Positions 1 to 11,508 of a stretch of DNA of 64,000 bases are shown here, piece by piece (the first letter of the stretch is position 1; every line of letters begins with the position of its first letter). The notes beneath the pieces were generated by a model. That model was not told the origin of the DNA, ran no database searches, and saw only the letters and a program-made list of their open reading frames with translations. Origin of the DNA: Marsupella aquatica (lineage: Eukaryota; Plantae; Marchantiophyta); the NCBI GenBank assembly GCA_973895155.1, contig OZ316894.1, positions 13,246,828 to 13,310,827 of the forward strand. Reading direction: 5' to 3'. The translations under genes and the position numbers were made by a program.

Positions 1-2680
1 GCAGCGACAACGTCGCATGAACCCGAGGTACTCCATCTTAGTGAAGGAGGAAATTGATCATCTCCTCGCCGCCAATATCATCTACCCGGTAATGGCCAGC
101 GACTGGGTCTCTCCCATTGTCATTGTACCAAAGAAGGGAGGTACGGATGGAAAACCTAAGATTCGTATTTGTCAGGACTACCGTAAGCTGAATGACGCAA
201 CCCGCAAAGACCATTACCCATTACCATTCACGGATATGGTTCTAGATATGGTAGCCCGAAATGAAATCTATACATTTCTTGACGGGTATTCAGGTTATAA
301 CCAAATCTGGATTCGCCTCGCGGATCAGCTCAAAACAACTTTCACTACGGAGTGGGGGACTTTCGCATTTCGGAGGATGCCTTTTGGTCTATGTAATGCC
401 CCGGCCATGTTTCAGCGCCTGATGATGAATATCTTCCACGATTTCCTACGGGAATTTCTGGAGATATTTATCGATGACTTTGCCATCTTCGGAACCATTG
501 CCATGCACCCCGAACACCTAAGACGAACGTTGCAACGATGCCGAGATGTCAACCTCAAACTACATCCCGCCAAATGCTTCTTCGGGGTAGAGGAGAGGGT
601 GTTACTCGGGCATCATGTGTCCAAACGGGGCATTGAGGTGGACCAAGAGAAAGTTGCGGCCTGGATGGCAGTGGTGTTCCCCGTGGATCAAAAAGCAGTA
701 CGATCCTTCTTGGGCTGCGTAGGGTATTACCGTCGGTTCATTAAAGATTTTGCTAAAATAGCTTTGCCCCTAACAGAGATGATGAAAAAGGATGCGGTGA
801 TCGAGGAGACCCCAAGGAGACGGGTTGCTTTCGAAGAACTCCGTAAAAGACTCACCACCGCACCCATCATGGTCACTCCAAACTAGAACAAGGAGTTCCA
901 CGTGTATGTCGACGTGTCAGGGTTCTGTATCAGGTCTGTTCTTAGTCAGCTTGATACAGACGGACGCGATCACCCCATCTACTTCGCTAGCCGACAATTA
1001 TTCACAGCCGAAAAAAATTATTCCCCCACGGATCGAGAGGCACTGGGCATAATCTACTCATGTAAGAAGTTCCAGCACTATCTGCTCGGCTACAAGGTCA
1101 TCTTCCACACGGATCACGACAGCCTGAAGTACATGGTCAACAAAGCAGACGTAACGGGATGGATAGCCCGTTGGGTGCTACTTCTCCAGGAATTTAACTA
1201 CGAAGTTCGGGTTCGGCCAGGAAAGGCACACCTCAATGCCGACTTCTTTTCACGGCTGGACGGCGTACTAGTCGATCAGCCAATTGATGATATTTTTTCG
1301 GATGAGGAGTTGTTCCACGTAGGGGAGGGGACACCAACGTGGTACGGCTCGATAATCACCTTCCTTTTAACAGGCTGCATCCCTGACGGCATCAATCAGG
1401 AGGCCGCCGCTGTGTTTCTACGGAAAGCCGAGCCTTACGTCATGGTACAGGGTCACCTACATAAGGAAGGAGTTAATGGGAAGTTACGACGCTGCTTGGA
1501 GTATAAGGAGACGCTTATCGTGATGCGGGCCTTGCATGAAGAAGAAGCTAGAGGCCATTTCGCGGCGGTCACGACAGCCCGAAAGATTCTGGACTCGGGG
1601 TATTGGTGGCCAACGTTGCATCGGGATGTACAACGCTTCATTAAGGGCTGTGACCTGTGTCAGCGGGCTGGGGCCCCGAGACGGGCTCATCATCACCCGC
1701 TCACATCTGTGCTCCCATTGGCACCATTCGAAAAATGGGGAATTGATTATATCGGGCCGTTTACTCCCGTTACCCGAAGGCGAAGATGCAGGTACATCCT
1801 ACTAGCTATTGATTACTCCACCAAGTGGGTCGAAGCACGGGCTACGGTAAAGGACGATGCCGCAACCAATGCCAGATTCTTATACAAACAGATTTTCACC
1901 CGATTCGGCCCGCCCTTAGAATTGGTAAGCAACCGTGGAACCCACTTCCTCAATGACACCGTAGCCCAGCTTACGGAGTGTTACCTAGTCAAGCACCGCA
2001 AGACTACCCCGTATCATCCTAAAGCCAACGGGATGGCGGAGAGGGCAAATGGTATCATTGGGAAGATCCTCAACAAAACTGTAGCTGCGCACAAAACGGA
2101 TTGGGATGATAAGTTGTACGCAGCGGTGTACTCGTATAATCTCGCTTACAAAACTACTACAAGTCACAGCCCGTACTTTCTCATGTTCGGCCAACATTCG
2201 TTAGTGCCCGTCGAGTTTGAAGTACACACTCCACGAGTCAGCATTCGGGATCGCTTACCTGAATCTGAAAGTTCGTCAGACAGAGCTTATCAGATTGAAG
2301 CCTTGGAAGAAGCACGGCTACTATCAGCTCGACATGCCGTGAAGAAACAGGCAACTTTGAAGAAGCAGCACGACAAAGGACTACGGAGGGTCGACGTCGG
2401 GGCAGGCGATCTAGTCCTTCTGTACGATAGTAGGTACATGCAGTTTCCAGGGAAGCTTCATACCCGGTGGTTAGGGCCCTTCCTTGTCAATCAGATCTAC
2501 CGTAACGGATCTTTGGAGCTTGCGACGTATGCCGGCGATTTACTCCCCACGCGAATCAGCTACGATCGTGTAAAAAAGTACCACCATCAAGATGACGACG
2601 CCGAGAGTGATGTTCGCGAGGACGCTTCACAATTAAGCAGGGAGCTATGTGACGCCACCGGTATGGCGGTTAATGAGTGA
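1..2680 (+). pseudogene. pol: gypsy pol (RT, RNase H, integrase) with one in-frame stop
   Basis: Motifs ICQDYRKLN, LDGYSGYNQI, MPFGLCNAPA, FIDD; RNase H AEKNY..TDREALG, TDHDSL; integrase zinc finger H-H-C-C and GIDYIGP...QxNG-like KANGMAER. TAG at 884-886 replaces Trp (element B reads TPDWNKEF). The integrase stop codon falls inside the LTR. Confidence 0.95.
2635..2647 (+). promoter_or_regulatory. polypurine tract of element A
   Basis: AAGCAGGGAGCTA directly before TGTGACG. Element B has AAGTAGGGAGCTA before TGTGACG on the minus strand (20953-20965). Confidence 0.8.
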
Positions 2681-4184
2681 TTTGGTCTAACTGCGCTCGG
2701 CACGTGCATTAGGAGTGTATTAGACCGCTATTATTAGCATAACGACAGTATTTAGGTAATCATTATGGGTAGGATATCATTAGGCAATAAGGGGGAATTC
2801 AGGTTCGGACTGGCGGCTGGTCGCTATTCGCACACCCGGGTTACGAGCGTGGAGAGGCCCCTACCTCGGGTCCGTATAACGAACTTAAGGAAGCGGCCAT
2901 TGAGACGCGCTGACTCAGACCGGCGGAGTGGCCGGCACACCACAAGCGTGAGCGGTTCAACCTATGGGCGTCGAGGAGACGTCGGGGGATCGACAAGCCC
3001 TCAAGGTATAAAAGGGGAGCCAACCCTTTGTAGTGCACCAGTCCATCAGTCCACGCGCCAGCTTCGACCCCAGCTCTCTCGTTTGCTCTAAGTCGCCACT
3101 ACTATCTCCTCTGAATGTCGCACACGATCCTCTCCAGCTCGGCCATTCAATTCTGGACGCAGTTCCTATCTACCGGAAGGCACTTGGCCGACTCATTGAA
3201 ACACGCCAACCCGCGCCGATACAAAATCGAACGCAAGTACGAGAGAGCCATCCACCTAGCAGGATGACACTACTACATCCTTAACTTTGACTACTCATCT
3301 CAGAGCGAGCTTTACCGACCTGCAGAGGTATCCGGGTACTTCTTCAACGGAGACAAATATATCGGGTTCTGGGAAGCATTGCTTCGGCTTCCGGACGAGG
3401 TCTTCAATATCCCGGGTACGATCGACTTGCAGTGACATCACTTCGACCACATCCCTGCTCAAGTTTGGGCTATCATCAACAGCGAGTCCAGCACTACCCG
3501 TTCGACAAGGTCGTCTGCACTCGCTTCGGAGAACTTCTACCAGCACCTACAGAGCTTCATAGGAACTCGGCCAGCAACCAACATGACCAACTCAGTCGTA
3601 CCCGTACCCGTACCCATACAACCTCAGGCTCAGCTTCAGCTTCAGCCTCAGCCACAGCCTAGCCAAACCCCACCACCGATCGCCCAGCCAGCACAAGTAC
3701 GCTCCGTCATCAACGCTGTGGATCTTAGCGATGACGACGAGGCTACCCTACCCTTGACCAGGCGGCCCAGAGGAATAAGCGCTCAGGGGGCCGACACTAT
3801 ATCGTCCCCACCCCCTGCTCTGACCCCAGGAGCGGCCCCAACAGACAACATGGTGACCGTGGCCGACCCGGGCCCGTTACTAACGGCAGTAGCACTACCC
3901 AGGCCCGATCGGGAAGATGGGGAGGTATCACCTTCCCCGATCCAGTCACGGGGGAAGAAGAGGAAGGAATCCGCCACTGCATCCGGGTTACCGTTGGCCA
4001 CGATAGCCGTGGCCAAGGTGACGATGCATCGCATGGGGGAAAACGTTCATAAAAACATCCTCCATCCCAAGCATGCGGTGTACCTAAAGACTCAGGGATT
4101 CGAGCACCTCGCCTCCCTCCCCTGGAACACTTGCAGGTACTACGGGGAGGACATGACGGAGTTCGTCATGAATTATGACGACGC

Positions 4185-5665
4185 TATCGGGGGAATCTTT
4201 AGTTCTTGGGAAGCACCGAGCTCTTGTTTTTCCTATCTTGGAAGAAACCTTTCCAAAATACGTCTTTTCTCACCTCACATTACCCTTGCGATCCCCTTTG
4301 TCGATCAATTTCTCTCACCGTTATCCTCTAAAATATCTCTCACAGCCTTTGTCCCACTCTACGATGAGTGGCTTCCTCACACTAAGCCTCGAATCGGCCT
4401 ATCCTCTTTCCACATAACTTACTTCCCAAGTCAAGTCATAGATTGCAATTTCCAACGAATCCTACAATTAGATAAGTCAATTATAGAAAACAAAGACTAT
4501 GATCTTAAGATTTACCATAGATGATATAATCACAGGCTCTGGCATCCTAAGCATAACATTGTATCTTTCATCTCCATACTTTCTAACTAAAACATCTCTA
4601 CAATCAACCTTCTTACGGCATACCACTCTAATGTCAATAGATGAAGGAAAATCAGACACATTATTAGGAGGCCTATTCAAATCTAACTCCGGTACATTTA
4701 TGGATTGTCTATTAAAATCCATCTAATATAAAATAAAAATAGTTACATTCCATTCATTTCCATAAACAACAATCGGGTATACAAATGGTGCATCGCTATT
4801 CATAACTGTTTCCATTAACTCAAACCCAAAATGATAAAAAAAATGCATTCTCATGGTATGCTTGCTAAGACAATGAATTCTAATTAAGAAAGGATTGACA
4901 AATGACACAGCAGGTGGGGGATAAACTCTAGGTACTCCATTTATCATATTATTCATTACAAGCACACTAAATTGATCTCAAGACTAATAAACATAAAACA
5001 TAAAATAGTTCTAAGGCTAACAATCAAGTTAGTACCCAAGCATGGAGGTAAATAATAAACAAGACATGTGCACAAGAGAGGAAGAGTTCCTTACAGTGTT
5101 GCGAGTCCAACACGATAGATCAAACAAATGCGAATGAGGAGAGTGTGCTCCTCTTCACTTTATTTATAGTGCCCCTTTGTGTTTTCCAAGAGGGCATGGA
5201 TCGATGCCTTGACCCTTGGATGGAAGCCAAGTGGCAAGCATCAAACACCTATAAGTGTGCTAGTACTATTCATGGTTGGTGGAACTACCGTGCGTAGTTG
5301 GTGGAATTATTACGCGTAATTGGTGGAACTACTATACGTAATTGGTGCAACTACTATGCGTAGTTGGTGAAACTACTATACGTAATTGGTGCAACTACTA
5401 TGCGTAGTTGGTGAAACTACTATGCGTAATTGGTGCAACTACTATGCGTAGTTGGTGGAATTACTATGCATCTAGTTTGTAAAACTACTATGCGTAAATG
5501 GTGGAACTACTGTGCATGTACCATTGTAAAATGTACATACTACATATAGAATGTAACATATATGCTCTAATAGTACTACTATGAAGCTTTTAAGTAAAAC
5601 TCTCTTCACATAAACTCAAATAACATAATATGGATTCTTGCTTTCTAAAAGGAATCCCCACGACA
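4185..5665 (-). repeat. 3' LTR of element C (1481 bp)
   Basis: Direct repeat of 11509-12901. Terminal TG is mutated to TA at 4185. CTATAAATA TATA box on the minus strand near 5161-5169. Confidence 0.95.
5275..5518. repeat. 22-bp tandem repeat in U3 of the element C LTR (~11 units)
   Basis: Units like RTTGGTGVAACTACTATGCGTA. The other LTR has ~7 units (about 12599-12754). Confidence 0.9.
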
Positions 5666-5680
5666 TATCACCCCCACTAA
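5666..5680 (-). promoter_or_regulatory. polypurine tract of element C
   Basis: TTAGTGGGGGTGATA on the minus strand, abutting the 3' LTR. Confidence 0.7.
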
Positions 5681-5722
5681 ACCTGTGCAGCCTCCGGTCT
5701 GCACCAACCTTATGACCCAGCT

Positions 5723-8700
5723 TCAAAAGTCCTCTACATCACTCAAATCATACACATCTTGTAAATGAAATTTCAAACGTTGTTTGAAAAGCTTAACCCT
5801 CTTGCCTGCATAAGGAACTTGATGAATTGCTCCATCTAACTCTCGAACTGTGTATGTTGTATTTGGGTGAATAGTAACAACCACAAATGGCCCTCTTCAT
5901 CTTCTCATAAACTTAGCTTTTGTCGAATGTTGTTGCTCCAACCCTCCTTCTGCAATAAGAACCCAATCTCCTTCTTTGATTTGAATAGGTCTCAATCGAT
6001 GAGTCTTATCAAATCTGACCTTATTCTTCTCTCGTGCTTGCTTCACTTTCTCCATTGCAATGTCAATCTTTTCTGGAGTTGTTTGGAAATGTTCCATCCT
6101 CCTTGCAAGTAGCTCTTCATGTGATATCTGATCTTCCCAGTCAACTGTCCTCCAACTAAAAACATTCTCCTCTAATGGCATTAAAGGTAGATGCCCACTC
6201 ACTAATTCTGCCGGTGCATATCCTGTCACCGAACTACAAGTCATTCTATCTGCTAATAGAGCTAAAGGAAGTAAGTCTGGCCATCTTGATGCCTTTCCCT
6301 TGCATGATTTGACTAAGGCATTAACAATTGGTGGATGACCTCTCTCACTCTTGCCGTTTGCTTCTGGATTGTAAGATGTAGTTAGTTTTAAGCGGATATG
6401 AAATTTCTTGAAGAATGCCTTTGCCTCTTTGCTATCTAACTCTCCACGGTCAGCTCTCATGCGCCTAAAACATCCATGTCTAGCAATGATATCTTCTAAC
6501 ACAAACCTGCATACGGCTTCAGTCTTGTTAGAAGATAATGCCCTCCCTTCCACATACGAAGATAAGTCTTCTCTAGCTAACACTAAATATTTTGCACCTC
6601 TAATCCCTGGTGGCATATGAACGATATCTATACCCCATTGAAAATGTAAAGATAGAGGATGTGTAGGGTTCAAGCCATCTCTATGTTGAATCTTTGAGTA
6701 GTATTGGCAAATCTCACAAGATCCAACATATTCTCGAACATCCACATACATTCCAGCCCACCAGTAGAATCTTCTTAACTTTTCATATGTAGCCTGAACT
6801 CCACGATGCCCTGCTGCTTCAAGATCATGTGCCTCTTGTAATACTTGAACTTTCTCTCCCTCAGTATCAAGCACTCTCAGAGGTACTTGACTCCTTGCCT
6901 TTGGACGCCTCCATAAGTATCCATCTCAAACCAAGAACTTGTAAGCCTTCTTTCGAATCTTGCTGAATTCTTCATCACTCCATCTAGTGTCTCTCTCCAA
7001 TGTACTCAAATAACGTCCTATAACTAGCAACTCTCCTGAATATAGATCTTCATAGAATAACAACTCCTTAATTTGTCCCTCAATCTCACCATGTGAACAC
7101 TCAATACTATGCTTGCCTGATTTATATCTAGCTCTTGACAACATATCAGCCACTGGATTATCTTTTCCAGTTATGTGCTTCAGTTCTGGATTAAACATTC
7201 GGATAAAAGTTATCCACCTAAGCATAGCAATGTCGGGAGTATCACAGTTTATAATCATCCCAAGTAAGGGTAAGCAATCAGTTTCTAGAATCATGTTAGC
7301 TCCTATCAAGTAATCTCTCTCTTGCCTAAGTGCTAGTTTTGCTCCCCAAAGCTCTCTCTTTATCTGCGGATACTTCCGTTGTCTTTCGTTAAAGATCTTT
7401 GCTCCAAAACGAGCAACTGTTCTATGCCCATCATCATCATCTTGTCCCAATGCCCATCCTGCTCCATATGGACTCGCATCTATTGTAAGAACTATTGGAT
7501 GTACACCATCATACTTCAATGGGCGAAGCACAGGTGGACTTAACAAAGCTTCTTTCAAGTGCTGCATTGCTTCTACATGTTCACTTTTCCATATAAATCT
7601 TACATTCTTCTTAAGCAAGCCATATAATGGATGTGAAACATGTGAAAAATGTGGTATCCATATTCTGTAGAAGATACAACCTCCTAGAAACCTTCGTACC
7701 TCTGAAGTTGTTTGACAATCCTCCATTTGGCTGATTGCTTCCACCTTCTCCTTACTTGGCTTTCTTCCATAGGGCCCACACATCTGCCCAACCACTTTGA
7801 CTTCTCTCAAGCCAAATGCTGATTTTTCTCCTGAGAGTGTAACTCCCACCTCAATCAACTTCTTTAGTATAGCCCCTACATCCTTCATGTGTTCCCAAAC
7901 AAATTGACGTATCCCATCCTTTCGAAGTGTCTCATCCTTGAGTTCTTCCAAACATCCTTTGATTGGCATATCATCAAGGAATGGTCTAGTTTTCTGTGGA
8001 ATGAAAGACTCCAAAATCTTGTTCATAGCATTTTGCATATGTGCAACAGAATTAGTAGCACCTTGTGGCAAGGTGCACATACGCAAAAGTCCAAGTGGAG
8101 TTCTCATGGTGGTGATATCCCTACTACTTTGAGAAAGTTGGAATTGATCATACCCTGAGTACAAGTCTCCAATGGAATAGATGGCCCTCCCAGCAAAGTC
8201 TTCAGCATACTCATCTACCACAGGTCCAACTCCAACATTCCGAATTGTGACTTTGTTTGGTGGCTGCATGTCTTGAATGAAACGTAGCTTCCCATTCTTC
8301 TTCTGCACTGTGAACCACCGATTGGAGTATGGTGCATCTGATCTCTCAAGTATCTTAGCATCTAACTTCTCTTTCAACAATGCTATCAATTTTGATGTTA
8401 GTGCTCTTGGAACTGAAATTGGCTTCAAATCCCATGGTATGTGTGGAACTGTAAAAATAACCATTGGTGTTACCTTCTGTGGATCCACACATCCTATCTC
8501 CTCCATAGAAAAGAAAAATGCCCTCCCATGCTCTTTGATCATCTTTTTGAATGCCTCCTTCTCGATCATGGTAAGTAGTCCATCATCACCAATTTGCAAT
8601 TGGTTCAAAGTATCTTCTGTGAATGTATGTCCAATTTTTCTTTTATCTCTCAAACTAGGCTCCTTGCTAGCACTTCTTAAAATATCTCTTGCATCAGCTG

Positions 8701-9109
8701 GTAGAGGTGTGGCTGCTGGTCTAACCTTCTTATCTATTGTCTTGTACTTTGTGTTCACCTCAACCAACTCTTCTATATGCTGATATAGCAATGGGCCTAC
8801 TTCTATCTCACCCTTTCCATCATTCAAATCTACTATAACTTGTTGCAAAGTGGGACAACAACCTTGTTCATCTAGCACACCCTCTATGTTATCACTTAAA
8901 TCCATAACACCTTGACTAACTAACATAGCCTTACTTCTTTCAATTCTCTTTTTCAATTTTCTTGATGCCTCTCTAACTTGCATATATGAAACCTCTCTAT
9001 CTCTCCCTATAGCTACAAACGAAGACGAGGAAAATCTTATGTTTGATGAGTCACTCACATTGGCATCCTGCCTGCTCACCCTCATTAACGGGATGCCAAT
9101 CAGAAATTT
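5723..9109 (-). pseudogene. pol: element C pol (RT, RNase H, integrase) with two in-frame stops
   Basis: RWFTVQKKNGKLRFIQDMQPPN, GDLYSGYDQF, LPQGATNS, FLDD, ETDCLPLLGM, H..AGH..C..C, GIDIVHMP, YNPEANGKSER. TGA at 6926-6928 (FLV*DGYLWRR) and at 5897-5899 (RR*RGPF), all in one frame. Natural stop at 5723-5725. Confidence 0.92.
9060..9109 (-). promoter_or_regulatory. putative -1 programmed ribosomal frameshift signal (A AAU UUC followed by a stem-loop)
   Basis: Slippery heptamer AAATTTC (9109-9103) immediately before the gag TGA. Downstream TTGGCATCC...GGATGCCAA forms a perfect 9-bp stem. pol is open in the -1 frame across the site. Confidence 0.75.
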
Positions 9110-11340
9110 TCTTGGTCCTTCATCTCTTCACTTGCTCTCAGCTCCTTCCTATTTCTCACATGATCCGGGCGAACTGTTGGAAATTGGATAACACGAAGAT
9201 TATCCTTACTCTTGACTTTGGCCATATGAGTGCCATCATCAAGAACCTTAGTCTCTAGTCTCCATTCTGTAATGAAAGGTTGTCCTAGAAGAAGTGGATA
9301 AGGTAAGGAATCATGAACAAAGACATTGATGTCTTCAAGCACATTTCCTACCTTAAGCTTCACATCAGGACAAGCTCCCCACAAAGAATTGTGATTTGCA
9401 TTCACTGATTTCACCTTCCATTGGATGTCTCGATCCACCTTCCACCTTCCTTGGTTGTAGAGCTCTCTTGACATTAGATTCACCTCTGATCCTGAATCAA
9501 TAAGTGCCTTGATAGGACCTTTGACTCCAATCAGCTCCACCTCAACTTCATCACAAGCTCTTGCCCAATATGACTCCATTTCTTTTATAGATTTAGCATG
9601 ATAGGAATCTAGCTCAACTTTGTTGTCTTCAACTTGTACTGCACAAATGCTCACGCTCTTAGTTTCTCCTTCATTGTCTGAATCCTCCATCTCCCCAGCT
9701 AGAGCATGAGGACCCTCTTTGTAAAAACGTTTCTTCTTTGATCTTGTAAGAATTGCTTCTTGTATGTCTTTCCTCAAACTCCCAAAGAACTCCTCATTTG
9801 TAAAACCATGGGCTTCTTGCTTCCAAAACTTATCAACAATTCTCTCTGGTTCAATTGTTTGTTCCACATCACGGCCTAGTATCCACCCAGGTCCCTTTTT
9901 GGTTGACTTCTCATTCTTCTTCTCTTCCTCCATTGGTGAATCTGAAGTTTCTCTTCTTGGCATCTTTCCTCTTGGCTCATCACTTGAAGGAGTTTTGCGC
10001 TTGTCCTCCACTCTTGCTTCCCATGTAGCTCCAACTTCTGCAGTAATTGGGGCTATTAACACAGGAGCATCCCATCCAGTTTGTTGACGAATGTAGTCAG
10101 CAAGCTTTTTCTTTCCTGTCTCATCAAGTACCTTTTCTGAAAAACAACTTGTTGCAGCAAAAACATTAGGCTCGATTACAGTTGCTGCTGTGTCTACTCC
10201 TTCTGTTGCCAAATTTTTCTCCACTAAGGCTCTCATCCCTCCACGATTATTGTTGAGTGGTATAAGTTCCTCAATGTTGTAGTATGCAAGCTTCTTTTGT
10301 CCTTGCTCACCAACAAACTTCACAAGTCGATTTCGAAGTGCTGCAGAAAGTTCAGTGCAATCATTTCTTCTATGCTCCTTGCTGTCACACCACATGCAAT
10401 TCCATGTGCGATTTGTTGTTGTTGTAGTCTTGGTTGCTTGCGTCTGGTTTAGAACTTGGGTTGTAAGAATGGTCAAGTTCCTCATCAAATCAGCAAGCTC
10501 TTCAACTGCTCCTCCTTTGCCTTCTTGTGCTGTGGACTTGATCTCCTTCTTCTCACCCCCACTAGTAGTGTTATCCATCCTTGTAGTGATTGACGTCTTG
10601 GTTTGACTTGGAACTCCACTAATAGCCTCTTGATCCAAGTCTCTTCTTCTATGTCGATGACTTACCTTCATCACTGCCTTCTCAATGTTCTCCCAATTTG
10701 TAGAAGAGTCAGTACGATCTGGATCAATTAGATCCAAAGCATTCTCCAACTTATCCCTTAGCTTCTCATCTGCAGCTCTAAGAAATAGAGTACACCTCTG
10801 CATCCGGATGACTTGTGCCTCTGAATCTGGAAGTTGATTGAACTTCTTGTTGAACTCTCGCAATAGTTCTTGTGGCCCCAATTTCTTGTTCCTCTCATGG
10901 ACCCAATCACAAAATGTCACTTGTGTAATTCGATCAGCATCCTCCAATTGGAATTCCTCCTTCATGCATTTCTCAAAACACCTCCATGTCTTGTCTTTTG
11001 ATGCCTCAAGAACTATAGCATCAACGATCCCTTTTAATTCTAGCTCCACCAATGTTGAAAATTGACGAATTGCAACCTCTTTTGAAAGTTGCTCAATAGT
11101 AGCCTCTTGCCAATAGGTCTTCATGTAATGAGTTACATTACGACCATCAAATTGCCCATTCTTCTCAAGAACCTTCCTCAAGCACCTTGTTGCACAATGT
11201 GCTTGCTCTCTCTTTTGATTTTCTGCTGTATCGGTTTGTTTCATACTCTGCATCAAAGTTAACAACATTCTAGACATGGTATCCATGTCCATAGTGTTGG
11301 GGGACATACTTGAGTCTCCCATGTCAGTACTGTTAGGCAT
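9100..11340 (-). CDS. gag: element C gag-protease polyprotein (746 aa)
   Basis: Intact ORF with FDGRNVTHY, zinc knuckle CMWCDSKEHRRNDC and aspartic protease ALIDSGSEVNLM...LLLGQPF. Confidence 0.9.
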   Translation of the reverse strand: MPNSTDMGDSSMSPNTMDMDTMSRMLLTLMQSMKQTDTAENQKREQAHCATRCLRKVLEKNGQFDGRNVTHYMKTYWQEATIEQLSKEVAIRQFSTLVELELKGIVDAIVLEASKDKTWRCFEKCMKEEFQLEDADRITQVTFCDWVHERNKKLGPQELLREFNKKFNQLPDSEAQVIRMQRCTLFLRAADEKLRDKLENALDLIDPDRTDSSTNWENIEKAVMKVSHRHRRRDLDQEAISGVPSQTKTSITTRMDNTTSGGEKKEIKSTAQEGKGGAVEELADLMRNLTILTTQVLNQTQATKTTTTTNRTWNCMWCDSKEHRRNDCTELSAALRNRLVKFVGEQGQKKLAYYNIEELIPLNNNRGGMRALVEKNLATEGVDTAATVIEPNVFAATSCFSEKVLDETGKKKLADYIRQQTGWDAPVLIAPITAEVGATWEARVEDKRKTPSSDEPRGKMPRRETSDSPMEEEKKNEKSTKKGPGWILGRDVEQTIEPERIVDKFWKQEAHGFTNEEFFGSLRKDIQEAILTRSKKKRFYKEGPHALAGEMEDSDNEGETKSVSICAVQVEDNKVELDSYHAKSIKEMESYWARACDEVEVELIGVKGPIKALIDSGSEVNLMSRELYNQGRWKVDRDIQWKVKSVNANHNSLWGACPDVKLKVGNVLEDINVFVHDSLPYPLLLGQPFITEWRLETKVLDDGTHMAKVKSKDNLRVIQFPTVRPDHVRNRKELRASEEMKDQENF

Positions 11341-11486
11341 TGCTATATATCAACTTGTTTACTCTCTCGCAATGAATAGGCGCCCACCACCTAGGTGTCC
11401 CTAGACCAATTGTCTAGTAAAGCAAGTTAGCCTCTTCTAGTAATGCAATACTTCCTTTTTTTCTTCCAAAAATAGGCCCCAAGAGT

Positions 11487-11504
11487 TCCCCAGTATGATC
11501 GCCA
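11487..11504 (-). promoter_or_regulatory. primer binding site of element C (tRNA-Arg-like)
   Basis: TGGCGATCATACTGGGGA, 4 nt after the 5' LTR end. It resembles the TGGCGAC...CTGGGGA Arg-type PBS. Confidence 0.75.
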
Positions 11505-11508
11505 CTTA

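Noticed and set aside
884-886. Programmed read-through stop between RT and RNase H
   Set aside because: The sister element has TGG (Trp) here, so this is an ordinary G-to-A mutation.
3583-4524. 313-aa ORF as a real gene
   Set aside because: Chimera: the LTR ORF reads through the insertion junction at 4185 into the antisense LTR of element C.
5275-5518. CRISPR-like array
   Set aside because: Contiguous 22-bp units with no unique spacers, no cas genes, and a eukaryotic LTR context.
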